From Thecamonas trahens ATCC 50062 (Eukaryota > Protista > Apusomonadida), in contig NW_013657616.1 in the NCBI RefSeq assembly GCF_000142905.1, forward strand, positions 124,001 through 188,000: 64,000 nucleotides of DNA. Reading direction: 5' to 3'. This document shows positions 24,062 through 36,900 of this stretch, piece after piece. Position 1 is the first letter of the stretch. Each line of letters starts with the position of its first letter. The notes under the pieces were generated by a model. It was not told where the DNA came from, did not search any database, and saw nothing but the letters and a program-made list of their open reading frames with translations. The position numbers and the translations under genes are program-made.

Positions 24062-25048
24062 CCCTTTAGCCCTTTACGGTACGGAATGGACACATTTGTC
24101 CGTCGCGCAAGCCGCGCTCCGCGACGCTCCACAGACGTCGCCACGGCCATCAATCGCGGTAAAAGAGTAGTACAATGCGTTAATGGCTGCCACAACAGAA
24201 AACAGTCGGCGATGCAGAGATGGACGCCGCACGCAGCGCAAAAGGTCCGCGGCCGCGATCGGTTGCCATGAAGCTTCCGGCCAGCGAGGCAGTCGCGTCG
24301 CACGGCGGCTTGTTTGGGAAAGTGGTGATGACGAGCAGCCGCTGCAGAGGGACGCTTCCGCTTGCGCGACGGCGCGGAGCTGACGGGGTCGGCGCTGGCG
24401 GGGAGGGTGTCGATGATGTCGTAGAGAAAAGCCACGCGAGTCATGGCGGGGCGTGGGATCGTGTCAGCGTAGAGCGCGTACGCGTTGATGAGCGCGGCGC
24501 CTAGAGTCCGATACAAGATGGCGTGCCACCACTTGCGCGTGCTCGGCGGCGCAGTGGAGAGCGAGGCGCGCAGGCGCGAGTTGAGGTCGACGCCGCCCAT
24601 GTGGTCGCTGTACTCCGTGACGATGAGACGGCCGGGGCGGACGACGCTTTGGCGCTCACTCCGGCTCCAGCGTCGCACGGTCGTCTTGGCGAGCAACGAC
24701 GATGTCGTTGAGTCTGGAGGACGAGAGCAGGTTGCCAGGAAACGGCACTCGATCGAGTCCTTCCACGCGACAACAGCGAGGTCGTCGCCCACGTTGCACA
24801 CAACGGCGTCGCTGGGACGAGCGTCGGGCGGCAGGCCCCACGTGCGAGCCACGCATCGGCCTCTGCGGACGGTGTTCGCCGCCCGATGCCCGCGCGTCGC
24901 GAGAGCGTGGAAGAGCTGCGCGCTCGAGTCGTACGAGTCCATGACAATAGTCTGCGGCGAGGCCACGGGCGCGACGAGAGCGAGCACGGTGACGATTCGT
25001 TTGATGATAGTCTGCGGCGAGGCCACGGGCGCGACGAGAGCGAGCACG
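24062..25048 (-). mobile_element. 5'-truncated piggyBac-family transposase with a candidate terminus at 24062
   Basis: IVMDSY...LATRG...TVR, WKDS, EYSDHMGGVD, RKWW, INAYALY, C-terminal Cys-rich domain (CAACGVHLC...CF); first catalytic Asp region absent; CTAA|CCCTTT at the end. Confidence 0.85.
24947..25048. repeat. Direct repeat of a 42-bp segment (period 60) at the truncation point of the transposase
   Basis: ATAGTCTGCGGCGAGGCCACGGGCGCGACGAGAGCGAGCACG present twice. Confidence 0.9.
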
Positions 25049-25049
25049 T

Positions 25050-25400
25050 TGTGTTTGATGAGAGGCATTGATTGTGTGGGGTGTGACGATTAATTTGATG
25101 AGAGGCATTGATTGTGGGGGGTGTGACGATTAATTTGATGAGAGGTATTGATTGTGGGGGTGTGGGGGGGGGGTGTGACGATTAATTTGATGAGAGGCAT
25201 TGATTGTGTGGGGTGTGACGATTAATTTGATGAGAGGTATTGATTGTGGGGGGTGTGGGGGGGTGTGACGATTAATTTGATGAGAGGTATTGATTGTGTG
25301 GGGTGTGGGGGGGGTGACGATTAATTTGATGAGAGGCATTGATTGTGGGGGTGTGGGGGGTGTCGATTAATTTGATGAGAGGCATTGATTGTGGGGGTGG
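25050..25400. repeat. Minisatellite, about 8 copies of GTGTGACGATTAATTTGATGAGAGG(C/T)ATTGATTGTG + variable G/T linker
   Basis: Directly visible 40-55 bp units. Confidence 0.95.
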
Positions 25401-25473
25401 CAGCGCGCGGGTCGACGAGTCGGCAGCGAGCGAAGCAAACAACGGCACACCTCACGACGGCAGCCATTTCACG

Positions 25474-27111
25474 AGTACGTAGCCATTGCAGGGAGGGTAC
25501 CAGCAGGTAGCGAACTAGCCTCGCATACTCTCCATACTACCCTCTCTCTCCTCATCTCACTGTATCCATGGGCATGTCCATGGGGGGTGGTACCAGAGGC
25601 TGAGGAATGGTGGTGGCGGTGGCGGTGGGGCGGCGGCGGCTAACCGACGCAGTGCGACATGGTTGGCGGGTGGCGGGGAGGGAGAGGGGAGGGGAGGGGG
25701 GAGGGGGGTGCACTCATCATTTTTTTTGAGGGTATGGTATGGGGACTCACGTGTGATACCATGTGTATGCTGCGTGGCTACTGCTTGGGGGTGTGGAAAT
25801 GGTCTGCGTGTGGTCTTTGGCTCTCTTTTTCTCCCATGTCTCCTTTGCCTGTGGCGAACCTGGCGTCTGGCATAACACCGTGAACGGACGGCGGCTGGGC
25901 TGCGGGGCTGTGGCTGGCGATGGCGATGGCGATGGCGATGGCGATGGCGATGATGATGGCGATGATGATGTCGATGACGATGTGTGGTGGTTGTAGTGGA
26001 GGTCCACAACGTGCTGACGGACATGGAGGTGCTGGCAAGGGCAACTGGGTACACGCTGTCGTTGGAACAGCAGGCGGCGCTGGGATCGTCGCTGGCGTTG
26101 CTGCAGACTAATCTCAAGTTTGCCTCGGTTCGGTTTGTGGGCAAAGTGCTCGGCGTGTCGGGCGACTACTTTGTGGCGCTGGGAACGGCGGCAAACGTGC
26201 TTGATGGTGAGGCGAAGCGGGCGTTCATCTCGACCGACTGTGCGTCGTGGGTGCAGCTGCCCAAGCTCGAGCCGGAGGAGCTGCCGTACATTGCTGCGGC
26301 ACGTGGGCGGTTCTCGGGCGAGCCGTCTTGGGAGTTTGTGGTTCCGGTGCCGGCGGGGGCAACGCCGCCAGCGACGCTCAAGGGCGCGCGGTCGATGGAG
26401 GACGGCGGCGGGGCTGGTGATGCGTCCGAGTACGGCGACGAGTCGTCGGCATACGGCGACGATGAGGCGTCGGAAGGCGGCGAGGGCGGAAGCAAGGTCC
26501 GACGGCACAAGTTTGTGCGAGTGTCGGAGGAGAAGCGGCTGGCGTACCTGGTGGAGACGCTCGAGTTTGACGTGGCGGTCGTTCCGCGCGGCGCGTACCT
26601 CAAGACGGCGACCGAGGTGGTGACGGCGAACCCGACGTTTGCCGGGCTTCCGGTCCCGATCTCGACCTCGCTCGCCATGTACTGCCACTTCCGGCCGGCC
26701 GTCCGCCTCCTCACCAAGTCGCTCCTCGAGCGCGAGGCCGACGATGCACACCTCGACTTTATGGACACGCTCGACGAGGACGTGCCGGCCGGGGCGTGGT
26801 CGGTCAACTACGACGTCGCCACGCAGACCGTCACCCTCCGCTCGCTTCTCTGGCCGGGCGCCGTCGCCTTCCACGTCGCCGGCACCCGCAAGTTTGGGTA
26901 CGCCTACTTTGGCACCGGCGAGAAGAACTGGAACCTGCCGTTCATGCTGCCGACCAAGGCGGCGATCGACGCCGCTGCCGCCGCCGCCGCCGAGGCTGCT
27001 GCTGCTGCCGCCGCTGCGGCTACGGGCGCCGGCGAGGTTCCCGAAGGCGAGGCTGCTCCCGGTGGGGAAGACGATGATGGAGTCGATGCCTACGAGTACG
27101 ACGACTATTAG
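25474..27111 (+). CDS. RSPH9: Radial spoke head protein 9; start codon probably split A|TG by intron 25475-25996
   Basis: LSLEQQAAL..SL...F.GKVLGVSGDYFVALG, EEKRLA, VVPRGAY, LRSLLWPG, YFGTGEKN; A25474 followed by GTACGT donor and TAG|TGGAG acceptor. Confidence 0.9.
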
Positions 27112-27512
27112 ATGTGTGTGTGGTAAAGGCGTATGGGCTGTGCAGCCAAGTGTGCTCGAGGCGTGGATCCCCCCTTGATCCGTCCCCCCTTGAGATCTGT
27201 CCCCCCTTGATCCCCTTGATCCGTCCCCCCTTGATCCGTCCCCCCACCAGTGCTTGACCCCCCCATCTACACCATGCCCATCCCCCCCCNNNNNNNNNNN
27301 NNNNNNNNNNNNNNNNNNNNNNNNNNNNNNNNNNNNNNNNNNNNNNNNNNNNNNNNNNNNNNNNNNNNNNNNNNNNNNNNNNNNNNNNNCCCCCCCCCAC
27401 CACGCCACCATGACGACACGACCCGATCACGACGCGTCGTCTCCCTCTCTGTACCCCCTTCCCCTCCCCTCCCTCCCCTCCGACACACTTGACTCGAGTA
27501 CACCCACTGGCC

Positions 27513-30500
27513 ATGCTCCGTAGTGTTCTCCATGCAGGACGGGTGTGCAGTAGAGGTGTTGTGAGCTATGGCCTTGGTGGTGGTGGTGGTGGTGGTGGTG
27601 GCCTCTCCGCCATGGGTGTGGCGGGACGGGTGGCGCATGGCTCGTCTATTGCTGGGGTTCCCAGAGGGGAGGGTACGTAGGCAAGAGGGGGGTATGGGCA
27701 TGGGTGATGGTGGAGGTGATGGGGGTGATGGTGGTGGGGGGTATGGGCATGGGTGATGGTGGAAGGTGGTGGGGGTGATGGTGGTGGGGGGTATGGGCAT
27801 GGGTGATGGTGGAGGGGGGTATGGGCATGGGTGATGGTGGAGGTGATGGGGGTGATGGTGGTGGGGGGTATGGGCATGGGTGATGGTGGAGGTGATGGGG
27901 TTGATGGTGGTGGGGGGTATGGGCATGGGTGATGGTGGAGGGACTCACATCGCCGTACAATCAACGTCATCGTCGTCATCGTCAACGTCAACGTCATCAT
28001 CATCGTCAACGTCATCATGGCCATCGTGCTTGTCATCGTCTTCAATGCCACAGACCGTGTCCCGCTCAACCTAGCCCGCGGCGATACGGTGGGATCGTTT
28101 GTGGTCGAGTCGGTGACGCCGGTGCCTGCGCTGGCTCTCGACGCCATCGAGCTGCGGCATCCGAGCGGGGCGAGCTATGTGCATCTCGACACGGCGGATA
28201 CGCACAACACGTTTGCCATCGGCCTGCGGACGCCGCCAGAGTCAGACAATGGCGTCTTTCACATCCTCGAGCACATGGTGCTCTGCTCGTCGGCCAAGTA
28301 CGCCGCCCGCGATGTGTTCTTCAACCTCTCGCAGCGGACCCTGGCTACCTTTCTCAACGCCATGACCGCTGCCGACTCGACCATCTACCCCTTCTCCACT
28401 GTCCACGCCCAGGACTTTGCCAACATCCTCGACGTCTACTGCGATGCCGTCTTCTTCCCCAACCTCACCAAGCACGACTTTGATCGCGAAGGCTGGCGCC
28501 TCGAGCTCGACGAGGCCTCGCCCGGCGGAGTTCGCTATCACGGCATTGTCTTTAACGAGATGAAGGGCGTGGTGACGGACCCTGCCGCTTGGTTCTACTA
28601 CCAGCTCAAGGCGCTCCGTGCCGGCGCTCCGCTCGACCGGGCCAGCCTCACCGTGCCGCGCGGCGGCGCCGCCTCGCCGTACGCTTACAACTCGGGCGGC
28701 GACCCGCTTGCCATCCCGTCGCTGACCCACGACGAGCTCCGCGCCGCCCACGCCAAGTACTACTCGCCGGCGAACGCGCTGTTCTTCTCGTACGGCGACC
28801 TCCCGCTCGCCCACCACATCGAGTACCTCGAGGACAACGTGCTCTCGCGAGTCCCGCCATCGCCTGCCGGCTCCATTGTCCTCCCGCCACTCCCGCGGAC
28901 ACCCGCTGCCGAGCGCGCCGTCATTGCCGGGCCCTTTGACTCGCTCTCGGCGCCCGACGCACAGGTATACCACGGCTCCGAGTGGCTGGCTCATGACCTC
29001 GGCTCGGCCTCGCCGGCGGCCAACCTCAACTTGCAGCTCCTCTCGTCGCTCCTGCTCAACGGCGCAGCGTCGCCGGTCTACAAGGCCGTCATCGAAACCG
29101 GGCTTGCCGCCGACTACTCTCAGCGGACCGGGCAGAATACCGAGATGGCGACGGCCTCGTTGGGCATCACCTTCCAGGGCATCTCGTCCAAGGCCGGGGC
29201 GACGGACCGCATCGACGATGCCGTCGCCGCCGCCCTAGACTCGGTCCGCGCCGATGGCTTTGACCCGGCCCGCATCGACGCCCTCCTCCACCAGATCGAG
29301 ATCTCGCTCAAGGCCCGTCCTGACAACTACGGCCTCGCGCTCTCGTCGTCGCTCCTTCACTCGACCTCGCTCGGCGCCTCGCTCCCGGACCTTGTCCGCA
29401 TCGAGGAGACCCTCGACGAGTTCAAGGCCGACCCACAGGGCGCGCTGGCGGCCACGCTTGACGCGCTCCTCGCCTCCCCGCCGGTCACCCTTACCATGGA
29501 GCCCGAGCCCGAGTTCCTCGCCTCCCGCGACGCCGCCGAGGCCGCCGCCCTCGAGGTTGCCGGCGCGGAACTCTCCGCGGGCGCAAAGGCCGAGCTCGAG
29601 GCGGTGACCAAGACCTTCTACGCCCGTGAGTCCGAGGACGTCTCAGCGCTCGCCGACACGCTCCCGGCCATCTCCATCGACGAGTGCTCCGAGGAGCTGA
29701 CGCGGCGGAACGAGACCGTGATCGCCGCGCCGTCGGGCATCTACACCCACGACGCACCGACCAACGGCCTGGTGTACGTCCGGGCGCTGACGCGGGTGCC
29801 TGACGAGCTCGCACCCGAGTCGGCTGCGCTCCTCCCGCTCTACGCCTCGCTCCTGCCCTCGCTCGGCACCGACGGCGGGCGCGGCAAGGTCCCGTACGCC
29901 ACCATCGACCAGGAGCTCCAGATGAAGGCCGGCTCGCTCTCGGCCGGCATCTCGCTCGCCGACGCGCTCGATTCGTCGGCCCACTTTACCGAGCGGGTCA
30001 GCGTGTCGGGCTCGTTCCTTGAGGCCAAGAGCGCCGACGCGCTCAACCTCTTTGCCGAGATCCTCACTGCGCCCGACTGGACCGACACGGAGCGGATCGG
30101 GACGCTGGTGGCGTCGATTGCCGGCGAGCTCTCGTCGTCGATCCAGTTCTCGGGCCACTCGTTTGCGGCGCTCAACGCGCGCTCGCGGCTCAACCGGGTC
30201 AACGCGCGCTCGGAGCTCTTTGACGGCCTCTCGCAGCTCAACGTCCTCGTTCCGCTCGCCAACGAGCTCGCCGCCGTCGACTCGCCGGCCGAATCACCGC
30301 TCCTCGCCTCGGTCATGGACGCGCTCGGCGGCCTGCACGCCCGCATGATCGCCGGCGCCTGGGGCCAGGGCTCGGCGTTCTCGGTCGTCGCCCCGACTGC
30401 CGCCGACTACGTGGCGCCGGTGGAGGACTTTGCCGGCGCGCTTGGTGCGCCCATCACGTCGTCGCCGCTCCCGGCGTCCGCGCCGTCGCACCCGGCCGGT

Positions 30501-31115
30501 CTCCCTTCACCCGACGCCTTTGCCCCCGCCCTCCGCTCCGAGTACGTCGTCCTCCCGTATCAGGTCCACTACGTGGCGTCAGCCATCCCCACCGTTCCTG
30601 CCCTTCATCCCGACGCCACGCCGCTTTCGCTCCTTGGCTCGATCCTCTCGTCCGAGTACCTCCTCCCGGTTGTGCGGCAGAAGGGCGGTGCGTATGGCGC
30701 GGGCGCCTCGCAGTCCTCGGGCGCCTTCACCTTCTTCTCCTATCGCGATCCGCAGTCGACGGCCACCCTCGACGCCTTTGCCGGCTCGGAGGCCTTCTGC
30801 AACTCGCTCTCCGACGCCGAGCTCGGTGCCATGCTTGCCAGGGCCAAGCTCCGCGGCGTCGCCCGCCTCGACGCCCCGCTCGCGCCCTCACAGTTTGGCG
30901 CCGCCTACTTTAACGCCGGCGTCGAGGACGACGTCCGTCAGCAGCTCCGCTCGGCTCTCTTTGCCGCCTCAGTCGACGATCTCCGCCGCGTCGCTGCCGA
31001 GCACCTCTCGGCCTCTGCCCCGCGCTCGTCGACCATCATCGGTCCTGGTGGCGCCTCGGTGCCTGCCGGCGATGACTGGGTTGTTGTTGATCCTGCTGCC
31101 AATGCCCGTGGCTAA
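27513..31115 (+). CDS. PITRM1: Mitochondrial presequence protease (M16C), exons 27513-27672 and 28054-31115
   Basis: HILEH zinc motif, FLNAMT, TIYPFST, REGWR, GIVFNEMKG, SGGDP, VRQKGGAYG, SYRDP; upstream exon MLRSVL... (targeting-like) joins in phase 1 via GTACGT...CACAG. Confidence 0.92.
27687..27940. repeat. Intronic G-rich minisatellite (GGGGGTATGGGCATGGGTGATGGTGGAGGTGATG...)
   Basis: About 6 units inside the PITRM1 intron. Confidence 0.9.
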
Positions 31116-31159
31116 CGGCACACAATCATTGGCCAACGATCATTGTAGCTCCCCTCCCC

Positions 31160-31292
31160 GGCACAGACACGGACACAATCAATGGCCTACGATTAATCAC
31201 GTTCCCTCCAAGCACAGACACGGACACAATCAATGGCCAACGATTAATCACGTTCCCCCTCCCCTCCCCGACACAATCAATGGCCAACGATA
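31160..31292. repeat. 51-bp tandem repeat (GCACAGACACGGACACAATCAATGGCC.ACGATTAATCACGTTCCC), 2 copies plus fragments
   Basis: Directly visible. Confidence 0.85.
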
Positions 31293-31356
31293 ACACTCGA
31301 ACAACGGGACAGCACTCGACTCAAGGGTGAGACCGCCGTGTTCCGCAGCTCTCGCC

Positions 31357-32853
31357 ATGGCGGAGACAGGCGCAGCAGGCGGAGGAGAGTCGCAGAGCAG
31401 AGGTGGAGGACACAGCAGCAGGATGATGGCTGACGCTGTCCACGCTGCCACCCAGGCCATGCTCACCGCACCATTGCAGCCAGCAGACCAGGCAGAGCGC
31501 CCTGTCGCTGCGAGCACTGGCGAATCACTCAATTTCAGCCAAAAATCGCAATCTCGCTCATCTCCACAAATCGCTTCCGCTCCGTCTCCTGCGTCCGCTC
31601 TCGCTCCTGCGGCTGTTCCTTTATCTGCAGCGATGAGCACAAGCTCCCCATCCGGCAAGGTCGCCTCGGACGCTGCCGCCGTCATCGTCGTCAAGTCCGA
31701 GCCCATCGATGATCAGCCCGGCGCGACTGACGCCCACGGTATCAACCTTGCTGGGCCGATGGAAGACGGTGTCGCGTCGACAGTGGCGCAGGTCAAGCTC
31801 GAGGGACAGGCCAAGGTCGAGACCAAGGTCGAGGCCAAGCCTCCGCCCAAGATCAAGGCGGTTGCCACTGCGAGCGCGTCCAAGTCAGCGGCAGGTAAGG
31901 CCAAGGCGGCAGGGGCCGAGCGGAAGCGGAAGCGCAAGCCGAGCGCCAAGGTCGTTGCGGCACGGAAGCGATCCAAGCGCGGCGGAGCCAAGGTGGAGGA
32001 GGACATCCACGCGCCGTCGTCGGGCATGCGGCGATCGGGCAAGTACTACCACCCCAAGGCCGACCAAGAGAAGGGTGTGCCGACGGTAGTGCCGGTCAAC
32101 GCCCTCCCGCTCCTCTTTGACCGCATCATGGTGACCTTCTCGGAGGAGGAGGCAAATCGGGTCAACGCATGGGCGGTGCAGAACGCACTGGTGGCCTACG
32201 CCATGATGTCCAAGACGTACGTCCCGCCCGAGGGCCCGCTGGTCATGATGGAGGACCTCATGGCCGAGGTCCACTCAAATGCCATCTACGCTGTTCCCTT
32301 TGTCCGCATGGACAAGCCGCTACTCGACCCGTCGCTTGCCGCGCCGTCGATTGTTCCGCCGACCGCTCCGTCGGCTGCCGCCGTCGACGCCGCCGCCGCG
32401 GCCGCCTCGGCACACACGGCGCTACAGGACGACAGCGAGTACAACCCGCTCCTCCCGCCGCCCATCGAGCTCGCTGCTGCCCGATCATCGGCCTCCACCG
32501 CCGCCGCGGCCGCGGCCTCGCCGGCCGTCTCGGCGCTCAACGCGCAGCTCTCCAAGTTTGACAAGTTTGTCGGCTCAAAGGCCGAAGCCCGCAAGCGATC
32601 GTACCGAGCGACAGGTGACTACGAGCGCAAGTGGACGGTGCTCGAGGTTGTCCGCTTTGTCGAGGGCTACGCCGCCATCCCCTCGGGTGCCACCGCCAAC
32701 CGCCGCATCGCCGAGCACATCGGCACTGACCTCTGGTCCTCGCACGTCGCCCGTATCAAGCGCGCCTACAAGAAGGATCCCACTCCGTTCGACGACATCG
32801 TCGCAAAGTACAAGGCCGGCAAGCTCCGCGACGATGCCCACGCCTACCCCTGA
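31357..32853 (+). CDS. Nuclear low-complexity protein with a C-terminal SANT/Myb-like domain
   Basis: RKRKRK NLS-like stretch; KWTVLEVVRFVEG...RRIAEHIG. Confidence 0.6.
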   Translation: MAETGAAGGGESQSRGGGHSSRMMADAVHAATQAMLTAPLQPADQAERPVAASTGESLNFSQKSQSRSSPQIASAPSPASALAPAAVPLSAAMSTSSPSGKVASDAAAVIVVKSEPIDDQPGATDAHGINLAGPMEDGVASTVAQVKLEGQAKVETKVEAKPPPKIKAVATASASKSAAGKAKAAGAERKRKRKPSAKVVAARKRSKRGGAKVEEDIHAPSSGMRRSGKYYHPKADQEKGVPTVVPVNALPLLFDRIMVTFSEEEANRVNAWAVQNALVAYAMMSKTYVPPEGPLVMMEDLMAEVHSNAIYAVPFVRMDKPLLDPSLAAPSIVPPTAPSAAAVDAAAAAASAHTALQDDSEYNPLLPPPIELAAARSSASTAAAAAASPAVSALNAQLSKFDKFVGSKAEARKRSYRATGDYERKWTVLEVVRFVEGYAAIPSGATANRRIAEHIGTDLWSSHVARIKRAYKKDPTPFDDIVAKYKAGKLRDDAHAYP

Positions 32854-32906
32854 CACCTCTCGGTCGGGCTCGCGGCAAGCATGGCTGCCTTTACTTACCT
32901 CTCTGG

Positions 32907-33593
32907 CTATGCCGCCTTGTCTGCAGCCTTTGCCGGGGCCGGCAGATCGAATGGGCGATGGGTGACGAGCATGCGGAGGAGGAGGCAAGCCGGGACAACG
33001 AACCACGGCGAGTTGAGGCAGAGGACAAAACCAAAGTGCGGCGTGGGATGCTCACCGTAGGCCTCCTCCATCATGATGATAAAGACGATGGTCATGATCG
33101 ACGCGGCGTAGACCATGGTGACGTCCCGAATCCAGGCGCAGCCCTTGGCAAAGGCGTAGAGGCCGACCATGTAGTACGGCCCGTAGAAGAGGACATCGGG
33201 CCAGAGCGTGGCCTGCCACCACGCCGGCCGGGCGAGGAGGACCGGATCAAACGCGCGCGAGTAGGCATGGATGAGCTTGATGAAGGCCTGCGGCGGCCAC
33301 GGAGCGGCGGCCACTTCGGCAGCGTTGTTTGGGTCCGCAATGATCAGCTGCTCGATGTCCACCAGATACGTCACCAGCACCAGATTGAGCACAAAGTAGC
33401 CGAGAATGCACCAATCGGCCGGCCGCTGCGAGAGCGGGGCAGGACGCGCGGGTGCTGCGGCCACAACTTTTTTTGTCCGCTCGCAACGCCACCGCCCACC
33501 TGCCGCCACACCATCGCACATGTCGTCAGCACACTCGCCACAGGCAGAACAAGACACGAGTACGTCACCGCAGTCATCAGGTGCTCCATCCAC
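32907..33593 (-). CDS. EXPERA-domain (TMEM97/EBP-like) 4-TM protein; 5' end uncertain
   Basis: DW..LGYF, DPVLLARPAWW, FYGPYY, NSPWFVVP. Confidence 0.75.
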   Translation of the reverse strand: MDGAPDDCGDVLVSCSACGECADDMCDGVAAGGRWRCERTKKVVAAAPARPAPLSQRPADWCILGYFVLNLVLVTYLVDIEQLIIADPNNAAEVAAAPWPPQAFIKLIHAYSRAFDPVLLARPAWWQATLWPDVLFYGPYYMVGLYAFAKGCAWIRDVTMVYAASIMTIVFIIMMEEAYGEHPTPHFGFVLCLNSPWFVVPACLLLRMLVTHRPFDLPAPAKAADKAA

Positions 33594-33997
33594 GGCTCAA
33601 AGCCAGGAGTCGCCGTCATCCTCACCGGGGCTTTACAAAGTGAGGTGTGCCCGTGGCCTCTTTCCCGCCCCCTCCTCCCGCCCGGCCCAACGGCTGGCCG
33701 GCCGTCCCGGCGCGAGCAGATGCGCGCCGCCTGGTGGATCACGGTCGGAAAGAGGGACATCAAACTGTGGATACCATCGCCGCGTGTGCAGTGCGCATCG
33801 CTTGTGCGTGTCGCGCGCGTGCGGATGGAGAGGGCGGGAGAGCTGATGCTGTGTGTGCGGCATGCGTGCGGCGACGGCGGATCGAGCGAAGATCACTCAT
33901 ATGCTGTCGAATGCGGCGCAGGCGGCGTGAAGGGATGCTCGCGTGGCAACGGTGGCTTGTCTCATTTACTCGCCGATCGGCAACATGCGGGGGACGG

Positions 33998-36900
33998 TCA
34001 ATGGGCGGCCCAGAACGAGTGACGGAGGGCGGGATCGCTGACATCGCAGCGGGAGAGGTTGGTGGTGATGGAGAGGAGACCAAGCTCAAAAGCGGCAACG
34101 AGGTCGATGTCGGCGTCGACCGCGGGCGGGGCGAGGCCCTGGATGGCAGCGGCGTGATCGACCGACTCGTAAAAGGCAATGAGATTCTCGAGGGCGAGGT
34201 TGAAGCGGGTGTAGACCGGGTCAAAGAGGTCGGTGATAAAGTTGGTTTCGACGAGGGTGCGTATAAGCGCCCGGTGCAGCCGGATGTTCCTGTTGATCGG
34301 ACGCGAGAGGAGGACCTGCAAGACGATGACGCCGATAAGCATGGTCCTGGGCGTCCGCGACCTGAGCTCGTCAGTGATGTTGCGAACGAGGCCTACGAGC
34401 GCCGTGGACGAGCAGTAGGCCTGTGGGGTGACGAGGACGGCGGTGACGAGCGACCACGAGGCGATGCGTTTGGAGAACGGGGTCCAGCAAGTCGGCGCGG
34501 CGGCGCCCACAAACAGGTTGGCCAGCTGGGCGTGCCGAGCGTAGAGGATGTCAGGCACGGCGGTTGCGTCGATCGAGACCGAGTCGGTGACGAGGGCGAT
34601 CGGCACATCGGTGCACCACAGCATGGGGATGTCAGACGATGAGCCGTCCTCAGAGGTGGAGGTCATGTCGTCCACGCCACGCCATGGATGGAGGGTGCAG
34701 TACGGGCAGGTGGCGCACATAAAGGTGCGATGAGTCGATGAGCCGCAGGTGTAGCAGTGGTTGTGCGGGGTGGTCAGCTCCGAGCCGGGAGCCTCCATGA
34801 GGGTGGCGACAACGACAGGCGCCCACCGCTCCAGGTACGTGCCGCGGAAGAGGCGCCAGTGCGACGGCGTCCAGTCGTGGAGGAGAGCGTGGACGGCGCC
34901 GATACCTGGCGCGCGGCAGTTGGCATCATCGCAGTCACAGAGTTGGTACGCTGCAGGCGACGCGCCGTCGGGAACCTCACCATTGTTCTCGTCGAGCTCG
35001 GCCAGCCGGCGGAGCCATGACACGCCGAGCCGGTCGACGGTCGACTCGAGCGTCCGCGAGCTCGCGATGTCTTTGGGCGAGTATGGTAGCTCCTCGGCGG
35101 CCGGCTCGCGGAGAAGGAGTGAGACAAAGAGACCGGCGATGTTGAGCTTGAGACCGCCAAGCGGCTCGAGGAGGACGGCACCGGCGAGGAGGGCAAGGAG
35201 GCGGGCCGAGAGCTTGAGCACCCCGACCGCGCAGGCGAGCTTGAGAACTTTGAGGACGAGAGCGCGACCAGCGCCTGCGCGAGCCTCGACGAGGGCACGC
35301 GGAGCGGCGACGAGAAGGGCTTCGACGAGGGCTGACGGAAGCGGCGAGGACTCGGGCGAGTCTGTCCGGAGAGCGGCCAAGACAGCGTTCCAGAGCTCGA
35401 CGTGCGTGACTGGATGCTTGACGGCAGCGTCTACAAGCTCGGCGACGAGCGAGGGGAGCGGCGAGGCGAGGAGAGACGGCTGGCGCATGGAGAAGGCACG
35501 AAAGGCGTAGAGGTCGCGGTAGACAAAGGCCGAGTTGAGGGAAAAGGCGTGGAGGACGTCTGCGATGGCGCGGTCTGCGTCGCCGACGTCGCGGTACATC
35601 TCTGCGCGCCAGAGGAGGACGCCGCGGTCGTAGGGGTCGAGTTCGAGGGCGGTGGTGTAGTCTGCGCGTGTTGCAGCGTAGCGGTGAAGGAGCTCTGCGG
35701 TAATGGCGCGGTTGCAGTAGGCGTCGACCATGTCTGGGGCGAGGGCGATGGCGGTGTCGTACGAGGCGAGGGAGTCCTCGCGGCGGGAGACGTTCTGGAA
35801 GCCGATGCCGAGGTTGTAGTGGAGGATGGACCGGATGTAGACGTGGCGTGGGTCGGCAACGGCTATGCCGGCGGAGCAATCGGCGATGGCGTGGTCGTAC
35901 ATGCCCGAGCGCGAGTGGCAGAAGCCACGGCGCGAGTGGGCCATGAGCAGACGCGGACAGAAGCAGAGGACGAGGTTGAAGAAGCGGATGGCCATGGCGT
36001 ACTCGCGGAGCTGGACGTAGACTTTGCCCCAGAGGTAGAGGAAGTGGCCCTCGATCTTGGGTTTCCCGGGGAACATGATCGGCGACATGACCTGGAGGGT
36101 GAGGCCGGCGTTGGGCGGACGCGTTGTTCGTCCGTCACGGCCGTAGACGGCGACAAGTGGGTCAAAGGCGGCGGCGCCCCATGTGGCGGCGTCGAACGGG
36201 CCGTCCAAGCTAGGGAGGGTGGCGGGATCGACGTGCTGCTCGGGAGCAGCAGTAGCAGCAGGGCGCGCAGCAGCGTCTGCGCCGGGCGATGATTCGGTGG
36301 CAGCCACTGAGTTGATGTAGCCCGCGGCGGTGTGAGCAAAGAAGGCGAGGAGGGCGTGGAGACGGGGAACGTGTTTGGACGGCGGCTCAAAGGAGAGGGC
36401 CTCGTACGGCACGGCCTCGCTCCAGTTGTACTCACCGGCCTTGAGGCGAAAGTTGAGGGTATCGACCCAGCGATGTGTGTAAAAGGCAGCGAGGCTTTTG
36501 ATGGCCCAGGCGCGGGCGGCGAGGACGTTGGAGCCCTTGTCGTGGATGACCACACAGTGACAGGGGCTCATCGGTGCCGCGATGCAAGCAAGCAGTTCGT
36601 CTGCTGGCTGCATCAGTAGCTCGTCCAGCCTGTTGGCAGCGGCTGCGTCCTTGAGCATCTCGATGATGTTGTCCACCGAGGGGAGGGTGGAGTGGCTGCG
36701 ATGGTTGGGCTGGTCGGGCTGGTCGGGTTGATCATCATGTCCGACATGACCGGGCTTGTCACCTTGCCCGACGTGATCGACCTCACCGACTTGGCCACCA
36801 CGGTCACCATGGTCACCACGGTCACCTTGCCCGACGTGATCGACCTCACCGACTTGGCCACCACGGTCACCATGGTCACCACGGTCACCTTGCCCGACGT

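Noticed and set aside
25050-25400. CRISPR-like repeat with variable spacers
   Set aside because: The linkers are only short G/T runs of variable length, not unique sequences
25747-27411. 554-aa minus-strand ORF
   Set aside because: Antisense to RSPH9 and runs through an N gap
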